Shown here piece after piece: positions 17,755 through 28,265 of a stretch of DNA of 52,559 nt. This stretch comes from a virus (lineage: Duplodnaviria > Caudoviricetes). Every line of letters starts with the position of its first letter. Position 1 is the stretch's first letter. The translations under genes and the position numbers were made by a program. The notes under the pieces are model-generated. The model did not search any database, was not told the DNA's origin, and saw only the letters and a program-made list of their open reading frames with translations. The stretch covers positions 1 through 52,559 of IMG/VR virus record IMGVR_UViG_3300032516_000038. One strand, given 5' to 3'.

Positions 17755-18975
17755 TTGGACCTTAACCTGCTTTCATATCGCCTGGCGAGGCGTACAGGTC
17801 TACCTTTTTGGCATGTGTCAGAGAAGGAAGCCTTGCATGCTCTTGGACCTAAAGCTGATAGGGCCCATGTCCACCTGGCGTCTGGCAAGTGGCAGCGCGT
17901 CCGCCACGTCTCGCGCGTCCGTCGGGGTGACAGGTGGGTGGACTCTTGGACGCAGGAGTGCGTCGCGCCACCGCCACTTCAGTTCGGCAGGGGGTTCGTT
18001 TTCGCGCCGCTCATGGCGGCGTCGAACTTGGACCCCGTGACGGCGGGGACCAACGACAACGACGTCCGTGCTTACGGTGCCAACTACACCACGGTACGCA
18101 ACGCGACTTCGGGAACCCTCAGTTCTATAAGTCTATCGTATTGGAGTGTCGGACAGTTCTGGAACGGGGTGACCTATGGCATCTACCGAGCGATGACCCC
18201 GTTTGACGCCACGGGTCTGCCCGATATCTGCGACATCGTGACGGCCCACATCCACCTAAACTGCACCGGACCTGTTAACTATTTCGGCGACACGGTCCAC
18301 CAGGTCTCCTATGACGGCAGCAACCCGATGGGCACCGCCGATTACAACAACTTCGGCGCGGTCTCGCGGGGCAGCGTGTCCATGGTGCCGACTGGGGCCT
18401 ACGTCCTTACGTTAACCGACTTCCAGGACATCTCGAGGACAGCCATCAGCTGTCTTGGATTCAAGGCAGGCAAGGACATAAGCGCGACCCCGCCGACCAG
18501 CACTGAGTACCTCATGATTACCTCCGCCAACGGCACGGACCCGGCGCTCAGGCCGGTGCTGGACATCTCTTATTCCACTACTGTTGAGATTACCATCTCA
18601 ACAACCTTTAAGGCTGGTACTACAATTTCTAGACTCACAAATCTTAATATCTCAACAACCTTCAAAACTAGTTCTACAGCCTCAGCTGGATATTTAAGGT
18701 TGATTTCTATAACTATCGAAGCAGTTGTGAAGTTCTCCAGTAGGATAAGTCGTTTAATTTTCCTCATTAGGGCTGCTGAGGTAAGATTTAGAACTTCTAT
18801 TGTTTCAGTTAAAGGTTTATGGATAAAGACAACTGACACAGAAAGCTCAATCGGGGAAGACACAGAACCAGTTTCAGGTTCTTGGACTAAAAAGGCAGAT
18901 GGAACTTCTGTTTGGGGCAAGAAGACAGATGGAACTTCTGCCTGGACTAAGAAAGAGGAAGGTGGTCCCTTCTAA
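17755..18975 (+). CDS. Virion appendage / receptor-binding-like protein (mosaic)
   Basis: Thr/Ser-rich, with a GC-rich central domain ending RPVLDISY; C-terminal ISTTFK and WxKK-DGTS repeats. Start codon uncertain. Confidence 0.55.
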   Translation: MDLNLLSYRLARRTGLPFWHVSEKEALHALGPKADRAHVHLASGKWQRVRHVSRVRRGDRWVDSWTQECVAPPPLQFGRGFVFAPLMAASNLDPVTAGTNDNDVRAYGANYTTVRNATSGTLSSISLSYWSVGQFWNGVTYGIYRAMTPFDATGLPDICDIVTAHIHLNCTGPVNYFGDTVHQVSYDGSNPMGTADYNNFGAVSRGSVSMVPTGAYVLTLTDFQDISRTAISCLGFKAGKDISATPPTSTEYLMITSANGTDPALRPVLDISYSTTVEITISTTFKAGTTISRLTNLNISTTFKTSSTASAGYLRLISITIEAVVKFSSRISRLIFLIRAAEVRFRTSIVSVKGLWIKTTDTESSIGEDTEPVSGSWTKKADGTSVWGKKTDGTSAWTKKEEGGPF

Positions 18976-19592
18976 TGGCTTCCTTAACTACTGAGGAAAT
19001 GAGACAGGCCGTGCTAGATCTGACGAGTGAAGTACTCACTCCTACTATTATGGACTCCTGGTTTGTCATGGGACTTCGTAGGATGACACCTTACATACGC
19101 AAAGAAGCTTGGTGGTATCATACAATAACCGCAGACGAGATTACTGCTGTCACCAAAAGATTCCTGCTACCCCCAGACTTCTACAAGCCTGTGGAAGTTA
19201 GTCTCATAAGGAGCACGTTTACTAGGTTTCTTCAGCCCAGAATACTTAATGATGAGTCTACTAATGGATACAGACTCTGGCGTAAAGAAATCCTTATCAA
19301 TAATACTCTCCTTCTGGCCGACCAGATAGACCTTTACTACTACGGACTCCCAACTATCGCCGATATACCAGAAGGTTTCGAGTGGGGCCTAGTTTCCTTT
19401 GCTGCTGCTAAATCCCAGCAGCGTGGTGAGGAACTTGACGAGAAGAGTGATTTCTACCGGGACTTCCTAGAAGTCCTTGCTGAACTTGACAAGTTCACAC
19501 TAGATATTAGCACAGGAGGAGATAATACTCCTGTGGCCATGACCCTAGTCAAATCTGATGTTGTAGATCCTGACGAGGAGACTGAAGTATGA
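18975..19592 (+). CDS. Head-tail adaptor protein
   Basis: FLLPPDF and DIPEGFEWGLVSFAAAK pattern; 205 aa; precedes the nozzle-like gene. Confidence 0.65.
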   Translation: MASLTTEEMRQAVLDLTSEVLTPTIMDSWFVMGLRRMTPYIRKEAWWYHTITADEITAVTKRFLLPPDFYKPVEVSLIRSTFTRFLQPRILNDESTNGYRLWRKEILINNTLLLADQIDLYYYGLPTIADIPEGFEWGLVSFAAAKSQQRGEELDEKSDFYRDFLEVLAELDKFTLDISTGGDNTPVAMTLVKSDVVDPDEETEV

Positions 19593-20980
19593 GTAAGGAT
19601 GACCTCACCAAAGATTTTGTGCTGGGCCTGGGTGTGGATACTTTCTCCCCAGCCAACACTGTTAAGAAGAATAGTAGTATCCTCAATCTCTGTGGGAGTA
19701 AGTTTCCCTGGAGTGAAACTCGTCCTGGAACAAGTTTACATAGTACCCTTCCCGGTTCTGGCACAGTTCATGGACTCTTTGTCTTTGGACACCCAAAGTC
19801 TGCGGTAACCCCAGTTTTGGTGGCTGGACGTGGTGGGATCACCTATGTTCATGCTGGCGACTCTTGGGCTGCTGTCTCTGGAGGGGGAAGCAAAAGCACT
19901 AGTGCGTATTGGGATGCAGTTAACTTTGGTAGTAGCCTAATCATTACTAATGGGTTCAATGTCCCATTCGACGTTCATGTGGATGCTACCTATCACTCTG
20001 TTCCATACAGCACAGCTCCCGTTGGTCCCTTCATTGTCGCGGATACCAACCGTATATTCATAGCTGCAGCTTTTCTTCTATCTTGGTGTATGATTAACAT
20101 TCCTACAGATTGGGCTTCTACTGGAGTAGATGGGGCTGGTTCTCAAACTTTGGCCCAGGACACAGATAAACCCATGATGGCTCTCTCTGACTATGGTGGG
20201 ATTATGGTTCATCGTGAAGATAGTATAGCTGAGATGATAGGGCTTCCTAACTCATCAAACGTCGCAATCCTAGAAGTACCCACATCTTTTGGCTGCATCG
20301 CCCAGCACTCCCTAGTTAGACATAGAGAGAAACAATACTTTTGGGGAAGAGAAGGTATAGCAGAAGTTCAAGTAGGACTTACTCCTTCTATTATCTCCCA
20401 GCCTGTGCAGTATTGGGTGGACCTAGTTAATCAAGATGCCACAGATAGGATCTGCGGTCATTTAGTCAACGACCGAGAACTGTGGATGGCTATTCCCACA
20501 GGAGTCTCAACGGTACCTGATACTATTTTGGTCTACGATACTCTTCTAGGAGAGTGGTATGTTTACGAGGGTATATGGCATCCTATATCCTTTATCCACT
20601 TTAACCACAAGGACTACATGTTGAGTAGTGACGGTAAGGTGTATGAGCTTAATTCTGGGGTTACTGATGATGGTACCGCAATAGCCTGGGAACTAGTCAC
20701 AGCAGCCCTTGAAAACCAGGGTGAGATGAAATTCAAGAGGGTCATCTTAGGCCCCGATGCTGGGCATTTTAACTTCCAGTATTCGCCCTCTGTGGATGAA
20801 GATGACTGGAGTACTGCTGTAGCTGTTACGGATGATAGTCATAGATTAAAGATCTCATTGCCACCTACTTCTGCTGATCTTGGGTATGGTGATTATTTTA
20901 GAATGAAGTTGTCAGGGACTGGAGTTGTAAGTATCCGAGGGGCTACTCTTAGATACCGAGTGAGGTCTATCAATGGCTGA
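19589..20980 (+). CDS. Tail nozzle / DNA-stabilisation protein (beta-propeller, P22 gp10-like)
   Basis: FGCIAQHSL, YFWGREGI, ISQPVQ and ILVYDTLLGEW motifs typical of podovirus nozzle proteins. Confidence 0.7.
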   Translation: MSKDDLTKDFVLGLGVDTFSPANTVKKNSSILNLCGSKFPWSETRPGTSLHSTLPGSGTVHGLFVFGHPKSAVTPVLVAGRGGITYVHAGDSWAAVSGGGSKSTSAYWDAVNFGSSLIITNGFNVPFDVHVDATYHSVPYSTAPVGPFIVADTNRIFIAAAFLLSWCMINIPTDWASTGVDGAGSQTLAQDTDKPMMALSDYGGIMVHREDSIAEMIGLPNSSNVAILEVPTSFGCIAQHSLVRHREKQYFWGREGIAEVQVGLTPSIISQPVQYWVDLVNQDATDRICGHLVNDRELWMAIPTGVSTVPDTILVYDTLLGEWYVYEGIWHPISFIHFNHKDYMLSSDGKVYELNSGVTDDGTAIAWELVTAALENQGEMKFKRVILGPDAGHFNFQYSPSVDEDDWSTAVAVTDDSHRLKISLPPTSADLGYGDYFRMKLSGTGVVSIRGATLRYRVRSING

Positions 20981-21956
20981 GTTCAAGGGTGTAACACTAC
21001 CAACAAAGGCTTCAACAGAAGATATTGTTAAAGCTTTTGGTGAGCTTCAATCACAATTGCGACGGACTTTTACTGGATTGAATGAGCAGAATGTGACTGA
21101 TCTCAAGACTAATAAAGGAGTAAAGCTTTTTGACCGTAGCATAGGAGGACTCCAGGCATGGCAGGATAGTCGGGTAGAAAACCTCGACAGCTCTGAAAGA
21201 CTAAAGCTTCAAATCTATCTTCCTGGAGGCACGAATAAGTTTAGATTAGACTCTATACTAGAGGCCAAACTTAGGATCCAGTTAGAATACTTCAGAGCTT
21301 GGTCTACATCATCGGCGGTAGGAGGTGCTTCGGCCCCAACTTCTGGCGCGTCCTCAGCGGCTGATACAGCAGCGGTCGCCGCCGGAACATCGGGGGCCGG
21401 AGGCACCGGGGCAACTGGCTCAGGTACTGCTAACTTGGGTGCAAACGGTACTGGGGCAACTGGCTCAGGTACTGCTCATGCTCACGCGACCAGCACTACA
21501 AGTGTGAATACCGGCGCCGCTGAACCTGCTGCTCATGTTCATACTTACGATAAAGTGGCAACACCAACCGGGAGTGAAGAGGCCCATACTCATACTGGGC
21601 CATCGCACGCGCATACCGACTCGGGTCACGCTCACACCGGACCTTCGCACGATCACAGTGTCCCGGGTCATGTTCATGGGATGCCTCATACTCACACAGT
21701 AGATATTGCTGACCACGAGCATGGAATAGTCTATGGGATCTATATCTCCGGCTACAAAGCTGCTGGAGTCAGAGTCTATATCAATACTGTGGATAGAACT
21801 GTGGCTCTGGGAGGACCTTTTGATACAAACCAGGATGGTCTTGATATTGCTCCATACCTAGCAGAAGGTTGGAATACAATTGAAATGAGTAGCAGTCAAC
21901 TTGGGAGAATAGATGCTGCTGTGTGGGTCGTACCGTTTCTTAGGATGGAGGAGTAA
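20973..21956 (+). CDS. Tail fibre/needle protein with HxH repeats
   Basis: Nine HxH motifs after Gly/Thr/Ser repeats. Confidence 0.7.
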   Translation: MAEFKGVTLPTKASTEDIVKAFGELQSQLRRTFTGLNEQNVTDLKTNKGVKLFDRSIGGLQAWQDSRVENLDSSERLKLQIYLPGGTNKFRLDSILEAKLRIQLEYFRAWSTSSAVGGASAPTSGASSAADTAAVAAGTSGAGGTGATGSGTANLGANGTGATGSGTAHAHATSTTSVNTGAAEPAAHVHTYDKVATPTGSEEAHTHTGPSHAHTDSGHAHTGPSHDHSVPGHVHGMPHTHTVDIADHEHGIVYGIYISGYKAAGVRVYINTVDRTVALGGPFDTNQDGLDIAPYLAEGWNTIEMSSSQLGRIDAAVWVVPFLRMEE

Positions 21957-21958
21957 GA

Positions 21959-22189
21959 GTGAAAAGAACAGTTCACTGGGATAAAATACACAAGAGGGTT
22001 GTTATCACTGAAGAGCGTGAAATTCCTGAAGATATTGACGCACTACGACGGGAGAGAGCTCAGATAGAACACGAGCTACTCCATGTAGAGGCTCAACAAA
22101 GGGATAATGCGGAGAGACAACACGCGCTTGCAGAACATAAAGGTGTTCTAGACAAAATTATCTCTACCCTAGAGGATGGAGGTAAATAA
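21959..22189 (+). CDS. Small coiled-coil protein (fibre chaperone-like)
   Basis: GGAGGAG RBS; heptad pattern. Confidence 0.6.
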   Translation: MKRTVHWDKIHKRVVITEEREIPEDIDALRRERAQIEHELLHVEAQQRDNAERQHALAEHKGVLDKIISTLEDGGK

Positions 22190-22191
22190 CC

Positions 22192-23778
22192 ATGTCCACT
22201 CCTGCTGTCTATCTAGGAGAATATGACCAGGAATATATAAAAGGTTATGTTGGTGATCTTTATCGGCGTCTGGGTGTGGCCTCCACAGTAGACGAGAAGA
22301 ACCGTATAATGGCAGAGATTAATAAGGTAGGTTCTGCTCAACCTTGGATCACAGAATGGAGTAACTCTATCGCGGGTGGTTTGTATAGTAGCAAGGGTGG
22401 AGTATCCCCAGGTACCGTAACTAACACGGGTACAGGTACTGGTGTTCTTGGTACCGGTTCTATTATACCTGGTGCCGGTGGAGCTGGTGTCGGTGGTGCA
22501 GGAGGTATGATGGGGTTCGGGAGTCCAGAGGCTTATGCTGCTGAGATCAAGAGGAAACAGGCTGCTGGTATCGCCTTTACTAACCCTACTGAAGCTCAAT
22601 CATTTATGTCTGCTAATCCTGGTCTGTTTGGTGGAGCTGCTGGAGGAGGAACTCCCGGAGGGGGAGCTCCTTCTCCCCCAATACTCCAGGGTACAGATCC
22701 TCTTAGTCAGGCTATCAATAAACTCCTTAGTCAATATCAAAGTGCTGTAGGTACTCCTTTTACCTATGACCCTCAAAGTGATCCTGCCTATCAGGCTGCC
22801 AGTAAACAAGCCGGGTATAATGCTAACCTGGCCACAGAGAATGCGGCAGCGGAACTGGCAGCTCGAGGGATCCTTCCTCAACCTGGTGGGGTCAGCACTA
22901 TGACTGGAGATAGAATGGCCAGTATCCAACAGGATTATTTCACCAATGCTTTAAGTTCTTTGATCCCCGGCTTAGAGTCAAATGCTTTCAACAAGAGACA
23001 GGCAGGCATCGGTGATCTCTCTTCGTTAATCAATACTCTTATGGGGCAACAAGCTACTCAAACTGGTCAAGCTAATACAGCATTCGACCAGGCCATGAGG
23101 GTTTGGGAGATGTCGGGTAAAGCTCCGGGTGGGATCCCTGGAGTCACACCAGGAACTTCCATGTTCACAACAGGTGCAGGTACCGAAGGAGCCTCAAACT
23201 TTAGAGACCTAATGCAGCTTTGGGAGGCCTTGGGTACTGCTCCAGCTGGAATTCCTGGTGTTGCGGAGGGTACTGCTTGGGGTGCCGGGTATAACCAACC
23301 TGTGGATCCTGCGCAACAGGCTACAATCACGAAACTTGCTGCTGATTATAAATTAGACTTGGTGAGTGCTGGAGAGTTGAATACTATCCTCAGTCAAACA
23401 ACCGCTGACGTTGCTAGAGCAACCTGGGTTGCGATGAAGAGTGATCCGACTTACAGGCCAAGTCAGGCTCTTATTAGCGCGGTAGAGAGAGCCATCAAGG
23501 ACAAGTGGCCTCAACAGGCTGCTGGAGATTATCCTGGAAGCGCATTCGCAACTGTTCCACCTAACCTTCTAGTTCAATTCTCCACTTGGAATAAGCAGAA
23601 GAGATTGGACGAGATCGTACGGATCTTACGTCTGCCGATTACTGCTACTATGACCGCGACACAAAAAGGAATGTATATCAAGAGTCGTCTTGGTGCGACT
23701 CCAGAAGAGGTCCAACAGGCTCTAAATATCATCGCTGGTACCACACGCCCGGTCTATCCTGGAACAGGTCCTAGGTAG
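22192..23778 (+). CDS. Internal virion/ejection protein
   Basis: G/A/Q-rich; FTYDPQSDPAYQ...AARG motif; position before the large internal protein. Confidence 0.65.
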   Translation: MSTPAVYLGEYDQEYIKGYVGDLYRRLGVASTVDEKNRIMAEINKVGSAQPWITEWSNSIAGGLYSSKGGVSPGTVTNTGTGTGVLGTGSIIPGAGGAGVGGAGGMMGFGSPEAYAAEIKRKQAAGIAFTNPTEAQSFMSANPGLFGGAAGGGTPGGGAPSPPILQGTDPLSQAINKLLSQYQSAVGTPFTYDPQSDPAYQAASKQAGYNANLATENAAAELAARGILPQPGGVSTMTGDRMASIQQDYFTNALSSLIPGLESNAFNKRQAGIGDLSSLINTLMGQQATQTGQANTAFDQAMRVWEMSGKAPGGIPGVTPGTSMFTTGAGTEGASNFRDLMQLWEALGTAPAGIPGVAEGTAWGAGYNQPVDPAQQATITKLAADYKLDLVSAGELNTILSQTTADVARATWVAMKSDPTYRPSQALISAVERAIKDKWPQQAAGDYPGSAFATVPPNLLVQFSTWNKQKRLDEIVRILRLPITATMTATQKGMYIKSRLGATPEEVQQALNIIAGTTRPVYPGTGPR

Positions 23779-23790
23779 GAGGTAGCCTAG

Positions 23791-26700
23791 ATGCCTAATA
23801 CTACTAACCCATATCTGCCTGGGTATCAACCACCAAAGAAAAAGACTACAGCCCAGACTGATTACCAGAGAGTACTTCAGGAGATAGCTAATGCTCAGGG
23901 GAGACTGGGTCAAGCTGGCCAAGCCCAAGCAGGCGAGCCTGCTCGGTCTCCTGGTTTCCTGGGTACTCTTTTTGATTTACTAAGTCGACCCATCCATGGG
24001 ATCAACACTATGCTCCAGGAGTTTGCAGACCCTAATGTTGGTTTTACTCCTGGAGTAAAAGACCCACTCAAAGCTTTTTGGAGAGGACTCTCGGGACAAG
24101 AGAAGACTTGGGGTAGAGATCTTGCTCGTAGTATGGGTATCAGTGATGAAGAAAGACTCTTCAAGCTAGGTCCCTGGGAACCCACTAAAGCCTCCCTCGC
24201 CGGTACCCTCATGGATGTTTTCAACCCACTAGATCCCCTTAACTGGATACTCCCGGGCGTGAGCAAAGCTCCTATAAAAGGAGCCGAGACAGCAGTGGAA
24301 GCCTTGACAAGAATACTCGGTGAGAAGGTAACTTCTAAGTTCTTCAAGGGCATGGCTCCAGATACTCTAGCTAAGCTTGCCAAACCTGCTTCTATAGGTG
24401 AGCTCCTACAGAAGTTCACAGCTTTTGCCTATGAACATAAACTTACAGATGATCCACAGAAAGTAGTAAAAGCTCTGACTGCGCTTGCCAGGAAACGTGG
24501 TTTTAATATCACAGATAAACTTTCACCTAGTGAGTTTAAGAGGCTTAGTCTAGGAATTCAAGTCCCTGGATTTAATAAGAAGATAGGAACTATCCCTCTT
24601 CTAGGTACTGAACACCTCGTGAAAGGTGTAGAGTGGGCTGGTGATAAGCTCACAGACATTCCTCTCATAGACCAGCTCCTCACCAAGTTCAGCACCAAGT
24701 ATGTTTCCAAGACTGTTCCCTCTAGCGTAGCCATGCGAGGGTTGGCTGGAGCCCCTATTATTAGTAGGCCTGGGGCTGATGTTATGCATGAGGTTGTAGA
24801 GGGACTTCAGGCTGCTGCCCGCACAGCTCGCATAAGGGCTACTACTGAAAGTGAACAGGCTCTTAGAGAGATATTCGAGGGTATGAGTTTACAAGAACGA
24901 AAGGATGTTAAACATGCAGTGGCCCTTGGGAAAGAAGCATCTTTCACATCAGAGCGCCTCCGCGATGCAGCTAAGGCTCTCAAGAAGTATTACGCCAGTA
25001 CCCTTAACTGGATGCGTGGTTTTGGTCTATCAATCAAGGAGATGGATCCGTATGTTCCTCTTGTAGTTACCGGGGGTAGGTTGAGAAAAGGTGAAGCTGC
25101 TGTTGTCAGGGCAGCCTTTGGGGGAGGACCTTTACCGAAGATTGATGATCTTGAACTTCATCGGACTGAAGAGTTCTTCGGTAAATTTGATCCACACCTA
25201 AAGAGAAGAACTACTCTGGCCAGAGCTGTGAGTCCCAGACAGGTAAATGAACTTCTTGGCCGAGAGTGGCTTGCTGAGGATCCCTTAGTCTCTGGTGTGA
25301 TCCGTGCCCGTCATGCTTCTATGGCCGAAGAGGTATCCAAGTTTATCTCTGTGGCGGTCGAGCAGTATGGCTTAGACTACAAAGCCATGATGAAGTGGTT
25401 CGGTAGTGAGGGCATGCCTCCCGGATATGTGGCGGTGCATATCAGACCTGGAGACTATAGACCTGAACTCAAGATCGTGGATGAACTTACACAAGGTCTC
25501 CTAGATAGTCCCGAACATACAATCAGGTTTATGCCTGAGGCTCTGGTGAATGCTTATAATGAATATGCTAAACTCTTCTTCAATGAGTTTCAACGTTCAA
25601 GCTTTGAGAAGCTTTTTAATGACGTGACTTCTTGGTTCCGGACCGTTGCTTACCTGTGGAACTGGGGCCATTACCCTAGAGACTTCTCGGGAAACGTAGA
25701 AATGGGTTGGCTAGGCGGTCTTAGGAACTTTACCAGATATCCTGAGGCCGGAACAAGACTCTGGAGAGGTATAAACTCTTGGGGTAGGTATGAAGATATT
25801 CATGCTTATGCAGAAATGATGATAGAGAAGATACCTGCAGGCTTGGGAGAACCAAGTTATCATACCCTCTATAGAGTGCCTTCTACTACTGAAGAGTTCA
25901 AACAAATGACCAGACCACCACGAAAGATGGGGAAGGGAGCTGCTCCAGTAATAGCGGAGACTACTGGAGATGCGTCTCGTCCTATAGGACTCTATACTAC
26001 TACAGGATATCCTCAAGGTGTAGATCCTAGAACACTTATGGAGACTCACGTAAAAGGTAATTTCCGTAAGTGGGCAAGTGATGTTGAAAAGGACGCAGAC
26101 ATAGAAGCAGCTTTTTCTGGTAGGTTCTCATCAGAGTTGAATGAACTAGGTTTTCGCAGCTGGAAGGATTTTGAGACGAACTACAAACTTCGGGCTACTG
26201 AGATTACAGAGTGGGACCAGGTAGTAAGACCTCTCCATGAACAAGGCTTAACTTCTATAGACTTGCCAGCCAAAGGAGAGACTGTTGGCGGTATTGCTCC
26301 AATGGGAGAATACCTCAAGACAGAGATAAAAGACACAAGAGCTGGCGTGGTTCAGATAGTTAAGATGGACAGAGAAGCTGGAGGACAGATACTTCTTATA
26401 GCCCCAGATATGATTACGCCTAGACAACTAGATAGCATAGTTAGGGCTCAAGCAGCCACTCGTGCTGGAGAAGTTCGTATCATATTGGCCAATAATAGAA
26501 AACTTGCTTTTCTACAAGGTGATCTTAAGGGTATCGTTGATCTTCCTGAGTGGGAACTCTTCCCTCTAGATACTCTTGAACAAATGCTCAAGAGACAAGT
26601 AGAGCCAATAGAAGCAGGTCTACACTTGAAACGAAAAGGTGGTGCAAGAGTTCTAGGGGCTAAGGCCACAGATGAGGCCATGAGCCTGGAACGTTCTGAT

Positions 26701-28050
26701 GGGACTAGGGCTCTCCTGGAGGCCAGAACTACTCAAGGTTCCCAGGTGGTATCTGAGCATCTACGGTCAGAGAAGTATGATGGTATCATCTTTGGGTCTT
26801 CCGCTGATAAGAGTCAAGATGTTTGTGTTTTTGAGCCGGGCTCAGTCAAGACTATTTCGAGAGCCATGAATGACCCGCAGTTTGGTAAGGGTGGTCAATG
26901 GAATAACCACATTCCAGTAAAAGGAGAAGATGGAGCTTATTCTCTTCTCGACAATATAACACTAGTCCATTATGCCCAGACTCATGGTATCACAGGCGTT
27001 GGTGCTGGAGCGGCAGAGTTTGTCCAAAGGACAACAGAAAAGGGCAATCGTCTTTCTAGGGCGTTAAATCGGTACACAGAAATCTCTGCAAAAGCTACAG
27101 TTACTGTGGATGATACGACTAGGTTCGCCGTCTTCATAGACAGGCTTTACAAGGGAGACACTCTTGCCCAAGCTGCTGCTCACACTAAATTGTTCCTCTT
27201 TGACTACTGGGATCTAACTCCTTTCGAGCGATATAGAATGAGACAGTTCATCCCATTCTATACCTGGCTTCGCAAGAACATACCACTCCAACTAACGCAG
27301 ATGGTCAAGCAACCTGGCAAGTTCGCTACCTTTGCCAAGATCCATGGTAACATTACCGAGCCCTATGATACAGAAGATGTGCCTAACTACCTAGAAGAGG
27401 CTGAAGCTATACTCCTCCGTGGTAGTGGTCCTGGTAAGGGTAAGTTTATGATACCATATCTCCCCTACCAAGACCTATCCAAGATACCCTCAAGCGTGAG
27501 CCAGGTCAGAGAACTTCTGGGTGCAGTAAACCCTCTTATCCGCTTCCTTCCTGAAACTCTACTAAACACTCAGTTCTTTAGTGGTAGACCACTTGAAAAC
27601 TACCCAGGTGAGACTACACCAATACCCTTCCTGGGACAGTTAGAAAAGCTCGGGATCAAGATGCCGGAGATGAATAAGAGATTCTTAGGTTACACCTGGG
27701 AGCAAATGCCATTCTTCAGAAACCTCGGTATAATGTCAGACCCAGAGAATCCCCGCTGGGCGACTAGGACGGGTAGCTTCTTTGGGCTTCCTCCTACCTA
27801 TGGAGAAGAACGAACAAACGTAACTGCAGCTTACGAGGAGAGAGATAGACTACGGGCTGTCATAAGGAAACTCCAAGACCTAGGGGTAGCTATAGAAGAC
27901 ACGGATGCAGTCAAGAAAGAAGCCTTTCTTAAACAGCTATCCGAGATGGGTATTAACCTTAGCCCTGACGCTGATCTCCAAGACCAGCCCACGGCTATCA
28001 GAAGGATAATCACCCTACTAAGAGAACGCAATAGAGGAGGAGGAGGGTAA
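23791..28050 (+). CDS. Large internal virion/ejection protein (polyvalent-protein-like)
   Basis: 1419 aa; C-terminal FDYWDLTPFER...IPFYTWLRKNIP and NPLIR..ETLLNTQFFSGRP (LPD38-like); no tape-measure or tail-tube genes seen. Confidence 0.7.
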   Translation: MPNTTNPYLPGYQPPKKKTTAQTDYQRVLQEIANAQGRLGQAGQAQAGEPARSPGFLGTLFDLLSRPIHGINTMLQEFADPNVGFTPGVKDPLKAFWRGLSGQEKTWGRDLARSMGISDEERLFKLGPWEPTKASLAGTLMDVFNPLDPLNWILPGVSKAPIKGAETAVEALTRILGEKVTSKFFKGMAPDTLAKLAKPASIGELLQKFTAFAYEHKLTDDPQKVVKALTALARKRGFNITDKLSPSEFKRLSLGIQVPGFNKKIGTIPLLGTEHLVKGVEWAGDKLTDIPLIDQLLTKFSTKYVSKTVPSSVAMRGLAGAPIISRPGADVMHEVVEGLQAAARTARIRATTESEQALREIFEGMSLQERKDVKHAVALGKEASFTSERLRDAAKALKKYYASTLNWMRGFGLSIKEMDPYVPLVVTGGRLRKGEAAVVRAAFGGGPLPKIDDLELHRTEEFFGKFDPHLKRRTTLARAVSPRQVNELLGREWLAEDPLVSGVIRARHASMAEEVSKFISVAVEQYGLDYKAMMKWFGSEGMPPGYVAVHIRPGDYRPELKIVDELTQGLLDSPEHTIRFMPEALVNAYNEYAKLFFNEFQRSSFEKLFNDVTSWFRTVAYLWNWGHYPRDFSGNVEMGWLGGLRNFTRYPEAGTRLWRGINSWGRYEDIHAYAEMMIEKIPAGLGEPSYHTLYRVPSTTEEFKQMTRPPRKMGKGAAPVIAETTGDASRPIGLYTTTGYPQGVDPRTLMETHVKGNFRKWASDVEKDADIEAAFSGRFSSELNELGFRSWKDFETNYKLRATEITEWDQVVRPLHEQGLTSIDLPAKGETVGGIAPMGEYLKTEIKDTRAGVVQIVKMDREAGGQILLIAPDMITPRQLDSIVRAQAATRAGEVRIILANNRKLAFLQGDLKGIVDLPEWELFPLDTLEQMLKRQVEPIEAGLHLKRKGGARVLGAKATDEAMSLERSDGTRALLEARTTQGSQVVSEHLRSEKYDGIIFGSSADKSQDVCVFEPGSVKTISRAMNDPQFGKGGQWNNHIPVKGEDGAYSLLDNITLVHYAQTHGITGVGAGAAEFVQRTTEKGNRLSRALNRYTEISAKATVTVDDTTRFAVFIDRLYKGDTLAQAAAHTKLFLFDYWDLTPFERYRMRQFIPFYTWLRKNIPLQLTQMVKQPGKFATFAKIHGNITEPYDTEDVPNYLEEAEAILLRGSGPGKGKFMIPYLPYQDLSKIPSSVSQVRELLGAVNPLIRFLPETLLNTQFFSGRPLENYPGETTPIPFLGQLEKLGIKMPEMNKRFLGYTWEQMPFFRNLGIMSDPENPRWATRTGSFFGLPPTYGEERTNVTAAYEERDRLRAVIRKLQDLGVAIEDTDAVKKEAFLKQLSEMGINLSPDADLQDQPTAIRRIITLLRERNRGGGG

Positions 28051-28265
28051 TGATAGAACAGTTCTGGGCTAACTTCGGTCTAGCTGGGTGTGTGATAGGT
28101 GCTTTGTTTTACATATGGCGTACTGACTTGAAGGCTCTGAGAATAGCCACAGGTCGGCTTGTTAGGCAAATGGACAGGCAGAACTTGATACTGGCAAAGG
28201 CTCTAAAGGTAGATATTCGTGAGATAGATAATGTGTTGACCAATGGAGGAGATCTCTTTGGATAA
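28050..28265 (+). CDS. Holin-like small membrane protein
   Basis: N-terminal TM (NFGLAGCVIGALFYIW) followed by a coiled coil; directly before the endolysin. Confidence 0.55.
   Translation: MIEQFWANFGLAGCVIGALFYIWRTDLKALRIATGRLVRQMDRQNLILAKALKVDIREIDNVLTNGGDLFG

Noticed and set aside
15807-21956. Diversity-generating retroelement acting on the fibre genes
   Set aside because: No reverse transcriptase and no template/variable repeat pair was seen.
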